A stretch of DNA of 64,000 nucleotides from Callorhinchus milii (GCF_018977255.1 NW_024704742.1:5334001-5398000), one strand, 5' to 3'. Counted from the stretch's first letter, positions 26,071-38,716 are shown. Numbers and translations: made by a program. The notes: generated from the letters alone by a model not told the origin.

Positions 26071-27996
26071 TGTGAGGGTGGGTATCATATAAATTCCGCA
26101 CCACTCAGCTAGTACTGAATTACAGTGAATAATAGCTTCGAATCATTATCCCGGCTTGTGGAGGAGCCAGATCCCCATTGATTGAGGGGAGACGAGCAGT
26201 GACTAAGCTCCTGGCCTCACGTTGTCTGTCGACTTCCCGACTTGAGCTCTCGGGTTTCTCCGGTTGCACAAGGAACCAAATACGATGAAAGATCTTGTTC
26301 GGATCTTTCACATCACACTCCTCCCTCCCTCCCTTTCGCACCCTCTCCTTTCAGTATAAGACACATAGTGAGTGAAACACGGATCAGTAACGACTTCAAT
26401 AATTCCGATTTCAAGTCATTTAATGCATTGTTTGGGACTTGATTATCCAGAGAACATTTAACACTGCTTCTTAAGAGACAGCAGCAGGGGAAAGGGCTAT
26501 CGAAGGGACGGGTCAGTGGGAGACCGCCTGGCGCAAAGTGATCTCGGTTGTTGTGAAATGTGTGGGAAGAGTGGAGGCAGAACCCTTATTGTTTCACTGT
26601 GGCCACATTACGTCAGGCTTCAAGTCGTTATTGCCATTAAATACCAGCTGCTATTTATTTAGACTGATGTGTGAAAGTGCTTTGCTCAGTCAGATTCGTT
26701 AACTTCTGCTTAGCAGCCAAATGCAAATAAAAATATAATAAATATCTCAATTTTCCCAACCTGAACTTTCGGGTTTCTACAATTATTACAAGGACCCAAG
26801 TAGGATTAAGGATCTTAATGCTGTCCTTCTAAACTCCGGGACAGAAACTCTTTAACTGTCATAATCAAGGATTGAAGTCTCTAACCCCATTATAATCCAG
26901 GACTGACAGTCCAACCCTCGCATAATTGAGGACTCAGGTCTCTGCCCCTCTCTGTGGCACAGACATAATGTGCCGAATGACCTCCTTTGCGTAGAAAATG
27001 CCCTCAAGTCTCAATTAATCCGAGCCCAGCAGTCTGCCCCTCATGCAACGTGCACTACAGGCACAATGAAAAGAACAAGCCGATCGAGGCTTAACACTTG
27101 TGGGTGTTCGCTGAATTCTCAGCCGTCCTTGTAACGAAAAGGATCCTTTTGCAGTAACTCCTTTTCAAAACGGAACAGAATTCTCGTTCCTTGGCGGTCT
27201 TGACTGCAGCTCGTGCCTTGGCAGGCAATTTAAAAAATAACAGCAGTAGCTGTAAATAATAATAATAATAATAATCCTTGCATTTGATATAGCGCTTTTC
27301 ACGTCGAGAGGACGTCCCAAAGCGCTTCACAGAAGCCACTGTAAAGTGAATTGACTGCATATTTGTGGGCGGATTTCTGTCACGAAAGGGCCTAACATAA
27401 AACCGCTGCTTCTTTAAATGTGGAAAACAGAATGCTAGGGTACTCTGTGCATTGCCGAACTCCGGCAGTCAGTGGCGGTGGCCGGGGTTACGAACAGAGG
27501 AATGCTGAGTTTGATAAGGGCAGAATGTGCCTCTCCCAAGTTGCTGCTGCAAACGTCACTAGTGCAAATGGTGCTCACTTTTACACCGTTAGTGCGAGTG
27601 CATATTTTATTTAAAATACCGAGGTCCCTCCTGTCTGCAGGTCTATTTAATGGCACCCTTCACATATCACTGAGATAAGCCCAATGCAGCAGTGGAAACA
27701 CTCGCTTGCCCTTTACCTCTCAAGTAATTTTCACTCACATAAGACACGAGAGTGAGAAAATCCTCTTTGACAATGGGCGGTTTCCGGGGGGGGTGGAGGT
27801 TGTTTTTTGCCCAGTGGCAAGAGGAATTTCTTTTAATCGAAGCTCATGTTCTTTTACTCAAATTTCGTATCACGAAGCGTGGGGCACTTTGCCACGTGTC
27901 CTTATGATAACTTATTTCGGGTGAAAGAGCAGTTTACCTCCTGCCTCGCTGTTGGAGATCGGAAACACAAACCCAGCAATATTCAGTACTAAATTT

Positions 27997-28330
27997 GCAG
28001 TCCTGTAGCGTATTTGTTAGAGCGCTCGCCTCGCAAGCAAGAGGACCCGGGTTCGATTGCCGGGGCAGGGCGAAAAACCTTAGACAAGTTTCCTTGCTCC
28101 ACACGTTTCAGTTTACCCAGCAGGAAGTAGGAACCCGATGGGTCTGTCATTTGGGGGATCTCTTAACGGGGATAATAATCCATTAACAATTGGTCACTCA
28201 ATCCACGATTACTTATGGGACATTGCTGCGCGCAATTGGCTTCAGTTCACTTTACAGTACATTGTGTGAAGCGCTTTGAGACGTCTCAATGACCGTGATA
28301 AGGGGCTACATCAAATGCAAGGATTATTAT
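27997..28330 (+). mobile_element. tRNA-derived SINE with probable target-site duplication (TSD) TAAATT (27990-27995 / 28331-28336)
   Basis: Complete head-to-tail copy; the hexamer is repeated on both sides. Confidence 0.9.
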
Positions 28331-28676
28331 TAAATTCACTCTCTTCGCAAGCCTGTGTCCCTTTCAACTTACTATGAGCTTGCGTCTTGGAAAGAACAGC
28401 ACTGCTGGTTGCCTTGGTCGCGGCCAGGAGTGGTGGCAGAGCTGAGGAATTCTTTTTGTTGCCACTTCACCTCATCCGTCATAAGGGTGACTGTTCCGAG
28501 AGTTCTCCCTAAGCTCCATCTCTTTGAGGAGATTACTTTTTCGTGTCTTTTTAATCCACCTTCAGAAAGGCTAAGGCCATTTTTTTTTTTTTTTTTTTGA
28601 AGATGCATCTTTTACGTTGACGGAACTCGACGTGTTGGCAAAGCCAATCTGTTATCTGTGACCTGGTGCGCGCGCC

Positions 28677-28710
<34 letters not shown>

Positions 28711-29641
28711 TGCACACACACGCACACGCACCTTTCAACAAGCATCACTGTATGGTGATCAGGAGTGGGTATAATGAATCCCCTCCCCTCCCCCCTCTCC
28801 TTAAATCAAGAGGCATTGGAAACGCGTCGAGTGCTCTCTGACAGAGATCACCAGATCAAACCTAGGACTCTCCTGGTCCGAGCAGCTCAGTTCCTGCAGT
28901 GCAGTTACCGATTGAGCCAAAAGAGAGCTGAAAGCGTTCATTCGGACTGTGCCTGGTGCTGCGCTGTCTGGCGTGGTACTGAGCTCCTCAGCAGAAAGAC
29001 TGGTTTGCCCTGAGTTAGCTGATCTCAATGGGGGCTATGTCCACTTTGCCGTCTGGCTGTGTCGCTGCTGTGCGTGGCGGGGGCCCTTGTGGACTATCAT
29101 AGGAACGAGAGTTGGACATTCAGCCCCTCGAGCCTGTTGCGCCGTTCTATAAGATCACTCGCCCTTTGCCCTGTATCCCTTAACATGGGGCAGATCTTCA
29201 GTGTCTGCCAATACTGTACCGTAAATCGCGAGTTGCTGCAATCGAAGCACGTTCTCAGAAGCACTCTGAAAGGCAAGTTGGAAGCATTGAAACCCTCTCT
29301 AGGAATGTGATGCAGACGGAACCCCCCCCCCACACCCCCCACCCCCCCCCCCACCAGTATTCTGTTATTTTCGTGCCTTTTACGTAAAAAACTGTCCTCA
29401 GAATCCGTAACTCAACAGAAAATTCGAACAATAATAATCCTTGCATTTGATATAGCGCCTTATCGTGTCTTCGAGATGCCTCGAAGGGGCCTCCGCAGGA
29501 CACAGGGTACTGTAAACTCTACGTAACTCCCTCAGGGGTGGATTTGCGGATTTCCGTTGGGAGAAAGAACTGATCATTTCGGGGATGTCACTGGAATTTT
29601 TTCTTCACAGGAGATTTTTGTGTGTGTTTCTTTTTCAAAAG

Positions 29642-29788
29642 GGAGTGTTGTCCAATATCTCGTCCATTACGGATCTGGGTGGGTTTGATCCGGTCTGGCT
29701 ATTTCTGGTGGTCGGATGCGTAATGTTCATCCTGGGATTTGCAGGGTGCATCGGGGCTCTGCGAGAGAACACGTTCCTGCTGAAGTTT
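29642..29788 (+). CDS. TSPAN5: TSPAN5 exon 3, 147 nt: [49 protein letters not shown]
   Basis: tttttcaaaag| acceptor and |gtaagt donor; tetraspanin GCIGALREN signature. Confidence 0.96.
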
Positions 29789-29824
29789 GTAAGTACTCAG
29801 TGTTCGTTTCCCCCCCCCACGGTC

Positions 29825-30420
29825 CAACAACAACAACTTGCGTTTAGAAGGGTCTCGGAGCGCTTTACAGTGGCGGAATCTGACCCAGAGCCACGGGGGA
29901 GAGGGATGGGTGGGGGGGGGGGTGGGTAGGGTTGGGGGAAGGTGACCGTAAGCACCATCAAAAAGGAAAGTCTTTAGGTGGCATTAGAAAGTGGGGGGGA
30001 GAGGGGAAGGCGGAGAGATTGGCGGAGAGAGTTCCTAAGTAGCTGAAAGCACGGCCGCCGATGGTGGAGGGGACGAGGGATGGACAGGAGGCCGGAGCCA
30101 GCCATGCGGAGGCAGCAGGTGGTGGAGTGAGGGACAAATCAGACTTGGTGGGGTCTACAAGCCTTGGCTCTCACCAGCCGGTCCTAACACTCTCCGGGAT
30201 TAGATAAACAGTGGGGATACTTCCAGGGAGGCAGATAATGTCTGTATCTGGTTTGGCGGTGATGGGTTTCCGTATGTTCCGGNAAAAAACAGTCCTGGTC
30301 GGGGAGCAGGTGTGGGGTAGGAAGGAAAGCTGGGGATCGAACCTGATGCCCAAGTTGCGCACTTGTTTGGAGAGTCTGAGGGAGAGCCTGGGAGGGTGTT
30401 GAGGAGTTCAGATCCGCAGG
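29825..30420 (-). mobile_element. L2 LINE fragments; other L2 3' pieces near 280-500 (-), 24330-24715 (-), 39795-40225 (+), 41800-42075 (+) and 47640-47990 (+)
   Basis: VRNLGIRFDPQLSFLPH, PILTQLHWLP and RAFSHCAPNLRNPLP peptides; (CAA)n tails. Confidence 0.82.
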
Positions 30421-30489
30421 AGAGAAACTGAAAGCCAGATTAACAGCCATGTTCTCACACAGAAGCTGCTTATATTATGCTGTACCTGA

Positions 30490-30978
30490 CTACTCACAAG
30501 GCAAAGGAGATTCACAAGGATGATCCCAGAACTGAGAGGTTATACCTATCAGGAAAGGCTGAACATATTTGGACTCTTCTCTTAAAAAGAGGAGGGTAAG
30601 GGGTGACCTGATAGAGGTCTTTAAAATGATGAAAGGTTTTAATAGGGTAGACATATGGAAGATGTTTCCACTTGTGGGGGAGACCAAAACCAGGGGCCAT
30701 CAATACAAAATAGTCACAAATAGGGAAGTTAAAAGAATTTTTTTCATACGTAAAGTGGTGGGAATGTGGAAAATGCTACCGCAAGAAGTTGTTGAGGCAA
30801 ATAGCACAGATGTATTTAAGGGAAAGCAAGAGAGGTACATGAGGGAGAAAGGAATAGAAGATTAGGCTTGAAGGTTTAGTTGAGGAAGGGCAGGAGGAGG
30901 CTCATGTGGAGCATAAACACCGGCATAGACCAGTTGGGCCGAATGGCCTGTTTCTGTGCTGTATATTCTAATGTATTC
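30490..30978 (+). mobile_element. CR1 LINE 3' end
   Basis: KRRVRGDLIEVFKMMKGF...TRGHQYKI; tail ggccgaatggcctgtttctgtgctgtatattct. Confidence 0.92.
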
Positions 30979-31334
30979 TGGTGTATTACAGGCAGTGTTT
31001 CCATCGCCAAAAAGATTTTCATTGGGTGTGGCACTACAGCAAAAAAAACTGTCGTGCGATCAATAATTTAGAGGTTTCTCGAGGCACTAATTTCTGTGTT
31101 TATTTTGGTTTCCATTTTTAGTGGATGAATTATTTAGTGTACCATGTTCTTTAGCTGTGCGTTTACGGCAGGGTGATCTAATTGGTGGTCCAGCCCGGTG
31201 GGGGGAAGGATTTTATCCTTCCCGCAAACACAGTTACTCTGTCTGTCCAGAGTCCTGGCTGGTCTGATCCGGAGGGAAAAATAGCAGTGTAAGGCATTGG
31301 TTATCAGCAAAACCTGTCAATCACTTTCAAAGTG

Positions 31335-31674
31335 ATACAGGAGAGATACAGAGAGAGAGAGACGCAAACAGAGACACAGAGAGAAACACAGAGAGACAGA
31401 GTGAGAGAGATACGGACACACACACACACACACACACAGACAGAGAGGAAGATACAGAGACACACGCAGAGAGATGCAGAGACGAGAAAGCGAGAGAACC
31501 AGAGACACCGTGATGGAGAGAGAGATACAGAAAGAGAGAGACACAGAGACACCCAGAGAGAGAGAGAGAGAGAGATACACAGACCACATAGAAGAGAGGT
31601 TTAGAGACATACACGCAGACAGAGGGAGAGACACACAGAGACACACAGACAAAGTGCGTGTGCCAGATACGGAG

Positions 31675-31707
<33 letters not shown>

Positions 31708-31762
31708 GAGAGCGAGCAAAGACAGAGACACGCACAGACAGATAGAGAGAGACACACACATA
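31335..31762. repeat. Compound (GA)n/(CA)n microsatellite
   Basis: Visible dinucleotide runs. Confidence 0.96.
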
Positions 31763-32307
31763 CATCCGGACAGATACCTTGTCGCTGGCTACGTTATTAT
31801 TTTAAAACTTGTATGAATTTTCACGCCGCCCGTGTAAAGTTTGCATCGTACCTAAAAAATACAGCGAAACAAAGTCACGCGGTTCCACAATTTGCAACAA
31901 AGGATATCGATATGATTCTTGAGGGCTACGTTTCCGGGAGCGAAACAAAAACATATCGATTACGTGGCCCGAAGATGTTTCTCAAATCCCTCAGTAGCCA
32001 AAAGGTTGGACCAACCTGGTTTACGGGATTATTTATCTGTGGCTATAAGTGTTGTCAGAGGAAGACATTGAAGTGAGGTAGGAAATGGCTTTGGCTGTAA
32101 GCGGTGGGGCTGAGGGTGGGGGGTGGTGGGGGGGAAGGGGACGGTGGGGTGGGTATTGATCAGTGTGCGGAGAAGCAAGTTAATGGCCGGCTTGCTATTA
32201 AGTGGAAATGATGCGACGTTGCTCCCAGCAATGAGAGCGGCACTTAGCTCCCAACTCTGTTCACTCCGAGGAGAGCAGCAAATCAGAGCACGCACCACAA
32301 CCTCCTC

Positions 32308-32625
32308 TCATAAGAACATAAGAACATAAGAATTAGGAGCAGGAGTAGGCCATTCAGCCCCTCGAGCCTGTGCCCCGCCATTCGATAAGATCGTGGCTGA
32401 TCTTCTGACCTAACTCTGATTACCTGCCCTGTTCCCATATCCCCTAATCCCTCTGTTTTTTTAAAAATCTATCAGTCTCAGCCTTGAAGATGTTCAAGGA
32501 CTGAGCGTCTACAGCCTTCTGGGGGAGTGGATTCCATAAACTCACTGCCCTCTGAGTGAAGAAATGTTTCCTCGACTCTGTTCTAAAAGGCTGACCCTTA
32601 ATTTTAAGACTGTGACCCCTTTCCA
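32308..32625 (-). mobile_element. CR1 LINE 3' end with (TTCTTATG)n tail
   Basis: RGHSLKIKGQPFRTESRKHFFTQRAVSLWN; cataagaacataagaacataagaa octamer repeats. Confidence 0.92.
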
Positions 32626-34174
32626 TCATCGATCGTCAACCACTGGCTGGTGTTCGGCCGGGTGAATGTTGGTAAAGAGGCGATTTGGTAACCAGCTCTT
32701 TCAAGAATAGTCGTTTAAATTATAGGTGGTCACAGACCCATCAGGTCAGCGCTGGCTTTTTCTAATCCCCCGCTCTTGCTCACTCCTTCCTTTATACTCA
32801 TCTGCTTCCAGCATCTCTCTGTTCCCCTTTTTAAATAATTCACGGACTCTGCTTCAGCAATGGTTTACGGCAGAGAATTCTAATCAACAACGACAAATTG
32901 CATTTATACAGCGCCTTTCACGTCGGGAGGACGTCCCAGGGCTCCGTGCAACAACCCTTTTTTTTCCCTAACCTTCACTTTAAATCCTTTTGTGATCCTC
33001 GTAAATCTGTACCCTCTTGTTAACTGACTCGCCGACCAACCTTTATTGATTTATTGCTATTTACCTGATTGCGACCCTCCCAACACCGCACGGCAGTTAG
33101 GGTTCACTCTGGACTGTACGACTTCAAAGCCGGTCTACCTGTTCAGGTGGACGTTAAAGATGGCACTGCTTTAACCGGGGAGTTACTCCCGGTGTCCTGG
33201 CCGTTAATCCTTCAGATTAAAAATTGGTCACTCACTTTGTGGCTGTTTGTGGGTCTCTGCTGGATTTGGAGGGGATTGAATGCGCTTCACACGATTAAGG
33301 TGTGTTTTTTTTATTCTATCCACATGGAACCCCTTTATAGGTTGTGAATACGATTCGAGTTCCGAAGAGGGAACCTCAACCGACCTTAGTTTAACCTCAT
33401 ATTTAGTTAATAGTAAAAGCAAAACAACGCAATTTTGTGTGCCTTTACCTTCGAAAACCACAGGTGGGTTAACGTCACCATGAGTTTAAAAAAAAAAGTT
33501 TACGTGAAATGTTCCCACTTCGGCAGACGTGACAGCCTGATACTTTGTGGACAGTGTGGTTGTGGCTTTCGCAGGTTCATACTGTATCTCACTTTGTGGA
33601 CAGATGGTTTGGAGAAGTCCCTGGCCTTTGCCTGGCTCTAAACCCGAAGTTGAATGAAAATGAAACTGCTTTTTGGGGAACATCGGAACGGGAAAGGCTC
33701 TTTCAGCCCTGAAGTTTTTTTTTTGAAAAAAACTGTCGCCACTCACATTCCTCCACCAAAGCCTGTGCCAAACATTTATCTAATGCTCCTTAATAATAAA
33801 AATAATAATAATAACAATAATAATCCTTGCATTGGGTCTACTTCACAGAATATACTGTGTATTTTGTGGGAGAAACAATCGATAAAAGTTCATTCAGGCT
33901 TATAAAGGGCACATTTAGGAGAGAAACAAAGGACTGACGTTCCCACCTTGTTTCAGCGCGTTAGACCATTTAGTCTTAACCTCGGAGATTGCACGGAATA
34001 GTGTGGCAAATTGTAAAATTCAGTCTTAATTTGGAAACTAGCTTTCTCCAGTTTTTAACCACAACAGCAACTTGCATTTATATCGCGCCTTTACCCGATA
34101 TAAATGCATCGCGGAGCATTTGACGGTGGCTGAGCTCGCCTCTTAAAAAAGAATCAGTAATCTCTGGTATCAGC

Positions 34175-34245
34175 AGTAATAGTAGTTAGTAGTAATAATA
34201 GTTGCTATTAATAGTAATAGTAGTTAGTCATAGTAATAGAAGTAA
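34175..34245. repeat. Degenerate (AGTAAT)n-like tandem repeat
   Basis: agtaatagtagttagt units. Confidence 0.8.
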
Positions 34246-35988
34246 CTTCTAATTAAGATCCCTCGACATCTCTCAGCTATTAATACAATTAATAGTAATC
34301 CTTACATTTGATATAGAGCCTTATCACGTGGCTGAGACACCGCAAAACACTTCACGGAGTTTACTGTAAAGTGAATTGATTGTATATTTTGTGGGAGAAA
34401 CAATCGATAAAAGAGTTCATGAACTTTGGGAGAGGGATGATTTCACTCTCTGGTGTTTTCTGGTGTGACTGACCTTCAGCTCTGGTGCTTATTCAGGACT
34501 GTTTGCGTCTCTGTTACTGGTGGTCAGCAGACTGCTCATTGTGGCCTTCAGACCGAAGCATTTTCACTATCATTTGGGCTAACAGTACTATTTTGTTTAA
34601 AAAAAAACTCTTTGTGCACAGAGCGAACTTTGTGCACTGTGGAGGCCACAGGTCCTGTTATAAGGCAGCTCTGAAATCCATCTGTCACTAATTCCATAAA
34701 CATTGCCCTTAGAGCTGAATTGCGGAGTTTTCAAGGCTCCGTTTGACTGTGCCAACTCCGGTTGTTCATTTAACCTCCGCTTCGATTTGTTCCATTGAAG
34801 GGAAACTCACTCTACAGCTCTTCCAATGGTTCAGGTGGTAAAGCCAATACCCAACAACAACAACAACAAAATACATTTGTATGTTCCTGCGTCTTGTCCA
34901 GCTAGGACCATCTTAACCATTAGGAAGAGTCCCTGTTCCTAGTGACAGATTACTGCTTCAAGTGCTGCTGACCAGCCCGGCTGTGCGATCACCACTGGTG
35001 CTCGAGACCTGCCTGACTCAGAAACTGGGCTCCCAAGACCGCCCACTGAGAGGGTTGACTCGCTTCCGAAATTGCATTGCATGTCAACCTGGAGCTAGTT
35101 CAGCTCCAAGGAGACCCTGCTTGTCTTTCCTCCTCTCCTCTCTTCCTGCCCCACCCACCACCCCACCCCATCTCCAAGGAGATGATCACCAGTTGATCAA
35201 GTTAGATGTTAATGGCACATTTCATTTGGGTGATTCAATTCTCAATAGGTTTGTCCTTCCTTCCTGCTCGAATAAGTTAATAATTTTCTTCCCTGAAGGG
35301 ATCATTTTTTTTCGTCCTGCAAAGCAGGCAATCTCTTCACTTTGATGTAAATCCTGTAGAGCCCTCTGCGATGTCCTCCCGATGTGAAAGGCACCGTACC
35401 AAATATAAGCATTATCATGGGATGATTATTCTCCTGGCAACACCAGCTCTCTACACATTCCAGCGTTCGCACCCAGCCCATTAGTACAGTTGTGGCTGAT
35501 CCTTTAACCAAATGGAGCAGAGAAGATGAGTCTCCGGCATGTGGGGAATACTGCTCAACCCAGAACAAAATGATGATGGGAGGGTCGCTCTTAGCCTCTG
35601 GAGGCAGAGATTTGGACCTGTAGGTGGTGAGGGTAAGTGGGGCTAGTTGTGGGCAAGTGAACATCGGCAGATGACACTCTTGGTTGTTAGAGGGTGATCC
35701 TGAAGCATGGGATGAAAAGCCAGCTCACTGCATATATTATGTTGCACCCCCTCGATGTGTGGGACGCTGCTGTGCGCAATTGGCTGCCGTGTTTCGCCCA
35801 CAAAATACAGTCAAACCACTTTACAGTAATATTCTGTAGAGCTTTGAGACTTCTTGACAATGTGATGAAGCGCTATATTGTATTATAATAAAGATTATTA
35901 TTATTATTAGGATCTACAAGGTAACCCGTGGATACGGAAGGTTATAGGGACGCTGGTCTTATCATCCTTCCTTACTCTTCCCTTGTAG

Positions 35989-36159
35989 TTCTCTGTGTTC
36001 CTCGGAGTGATCTTCTTCCTGGAGCTGACTGCTGGCATCCTGGCGTTTGTCTTCAAGGACTGGATCAGGGATCAGCTTAACTTTTTTATCAACAACAACA
36101 TCAGAGCGTACAGGGACGACATCGACCTGCAGAACCTCATCGACTTCACACAGGAATAC
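35989..36159 (+). CDS. TSPAN5: TSPAN5 exon 4, 171 nt: FSVFLGVIFFLELTAGILAFVFKDWIRDQLNFFINNNIRAYRDDIDLQNLIDFTQEY
   Basis: ccttgtag| acceptor and |gtaggt donor; TM3 and the TspanC8 YRDDIDLQNLID motif. Confidence 0.96.
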
Positions 36160-36794
36160 GTAGGTACCCTCGCTCCCGAGAGAGAGAGAGAGAGAGAGAG
36201 AGGGAGTAAACCCGAGAGCCGGGTTGGCCGGGGTAAAAGAGAGGCTGGCCACACATTTGGCGTTCAAAACCTGTTACTTTTGTTATGTTTGCATTCTGAG
36301 CGTAGCCCACCCAAGGCAAGTCAACAGCAGAACTAAACCGAAGTGAATTAAAACAGCCGTTAAGAACGTGCATGAAAGAGCAACATAAACGGGCAAACAA
36401 AAGGCAGTGGCAGCAGAGTGGAGTTCACTTAGCGGAAATCGGGAGTGTAAAAGGCGGATCGACTCTCCTTTGTCGTTCATTTCCATCCGACGTTTTTATT
36501 TATTTCATTTAAAAAAAGAAATAGCTAAGACTGTATTTACAGATTAACAAGGAAACAGGCTATTCTGTCCAACCAGTCTGGGCTGGTGTTTATACTCCAC
36601 GTGAGTCTCCACCTGCTCCTTATTCCCTCTCATACTCTTCTATTCCCCTCTCCCTCATGAGTAAATCTAGCGCACAGTTTGGATTTCCCAAGGCTGGACA
36701 CTTTGGGCGGTGGATTACTATTGTAGTGTCGTTGTGCGGGTGGATCGATTTCATTTGACCGACTGCCTGACCTGCGCCTCCTCGTGTTTTACAG

Positions 36795-36920
36795 TGGAAA
36801 TGCTGCGGTGCCCACGGTGCTGACGATTGGAACTTGAATATTTACTTCAATTGTACAGACGGTAACACCAGCCGAGAACGATGTGGGGTGCCCTTCTCCT
36901 GCTGTACCAAGGACCCCTCA
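36795..36920 (+). CDS. TSPAN5: TSPAN5 exon 5, 126 nt: WKCCGAHGADDWNLNIYFNCTDGNTSRERCGVPFSCCTKDPS
   Basis: ttttacag| acceptor and |gtaagc donor; CCG and PxSCC motifs of the large extracellular loop; read by hand, not in the ORF track. Confidence 0.96.
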
Positions 36921-38261
36921 GTAAGCAGACAGCGACACCCACCAGCTTAATCCAATGCCCTCATCGAGACCCTCAATGGAGATGACACAATTTCTGTTTA
37001 TAGGATATGTGGGGGTGGGGTTGGTCGTGGGTGGGGTGGGGTGGGGTGGTGTCAGGCTTGCCTGTGTTGCCCCAAAACAGCCATATATCCTGTCACGCCT
37101 AATTCACGCATGATTGGCAACTTGGACCAGTCTACAAACCCACCTGTTGAACTCAGCACTGAGCAGACGCGCGTTAAGACCTAGACTTCGGTGAGAATTT
37201 TCCAGTGGTTGAGTTATTCGGAAAAGGGGAAGCAGAGGCTGGCACTCAGAACCCAGCCTTACAGCCACTTCACCTGGAGGTCAGACATCATCAGGCACAC
37301 GCACACTACATCATTCCAACCTGTCACGTTAGCTTAATCAGTTATCAAGTGCGTTGTTGGAAGGAATGCTCAGAACGACAGTCCCCTTTGCAGCAAGTTA
37401 TTCGGAAGTATTCCTTTACAAGAAAGCAGTAGCTATCCATGAGCATTCAGGTCACATGTGTCAGAATTTCAGGTTTTTTGCCCCTGAATAATTTGCTGAA
37501 ATCTTAATAGTTTAGCTTCTTAAGGCTTCATACTTTACCGTAATCACAGCTTATTTTGCCCACAAAATACACAGTTAATTCACTTTAGTATATCCCGTGA
37601 TGTGCTTCGAGACGTCTCAACGACGTGATAAGGCTTTATATCGATTGCAAGATTACTGTTAGGTGATATATTTATTGAAGTGCACATTCATGGAAGTTTT
37701 ATCAGTACTGTACTCATGGGAATTATCTGGAGTAGAGAACGTGCGATACGTCAGTCATACCCCACAGTGTGGTTAGAAAGAGTTTTGTAATTGTGGAGGC
37801 TGATATTGGCTGGCTGTTTCTGTTCATGCTCCAGTACAATGTGAGGTGCAATGAGGGATTAGGGTACAAGGAGAGAACGAACTAAAAAGGGACGTAGCAT
37901 CAATTACAAAACACAATGCTAACATTCCAGTATTATTATATAGTAAACGTCTGCTCAGGGAGGAGGTTAAACTCTGAAGGGACCCGAAGGGTATTGAAGA
38001 GAGCAAATAGAAGCCAGTCAACATATGTTTGGATTACTTTCTGGAGAATTTTTTAACAGAAAGAACACAAGCCGTGTGCTGTCCAAAATACATTGCAAGA
38101 GTTACTGAACGTTAGCATTAGCAAGGCTAAGGGTAAGGTCCTGGGTAGGCTCAAGAGATTGGGAAACCATAGCTTCAGGATTGAGAAGGGTTACTTTAGA
38201 ATAGATGCCAGAAAGTAATTTTTTTTTACACATTTAAGAAACAGCCTGATGTTGTGTTTAT

Positions 38262-38627
38262 AATAATAGTTCTTGCATTTGATATAGCTCCGTATCACAT
38301 CTTCGAGACGTCCCAGAGCACTTCACAGAATATATTGTAAAGTGAATTGACTGTATATTTTGCGGACGAAACCAGCAGCCAATTACGCACAGCAGCGTCC
38401 CACAAACAGTCGTGGATTGATTTTGAAAAACAGTATTTTTTTGAAGGGCTTATTACCCCCGGAAAAGCAATCCGCCAATTGATTAACAGTTGGGTTCCTA
38501 CTTACTGCTAGGTAAACAGAGGCGTGTGGAGTAAGGAACTTGCCTAATGTTTTATCCTACCCAGGAATTGAACCCAGGTCCCCTCGCTTGCGAGGCAAGT
38601 GCTCTAACCACTACGCTACAGGACTCC
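38262..38627 (-). mobile_element. Full-length tRNA-derived SINE nested in a CR1 remnant
   Basis: GGAGTCCTGTAGCGTAGTGGTTAGAGC start on the - strand; CR1-like sequence on both sides. Confidence 0.92.
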
Positions 38628-38716
38628 ATGGGAGGGCGGCAGTCCTGGAAAGATGGGATCAAATGGGCCAAAGGGCCTTCTTCATCTGAATCTCTCTTGT
38701 GATCTTATCTTTGCAG

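Noticed and set aside
30283..30283. Single N base
   Set aside because: An ambiguous base inside an L2 remnant with no biological meaning.
31304..32076. Long ORFs (up to 200 aa) rich in RE/TH/CV/LS
   Set aside because: They are translations of a GA/CA microsatellite; the same applies at 12861-13472 and 25701-26015.
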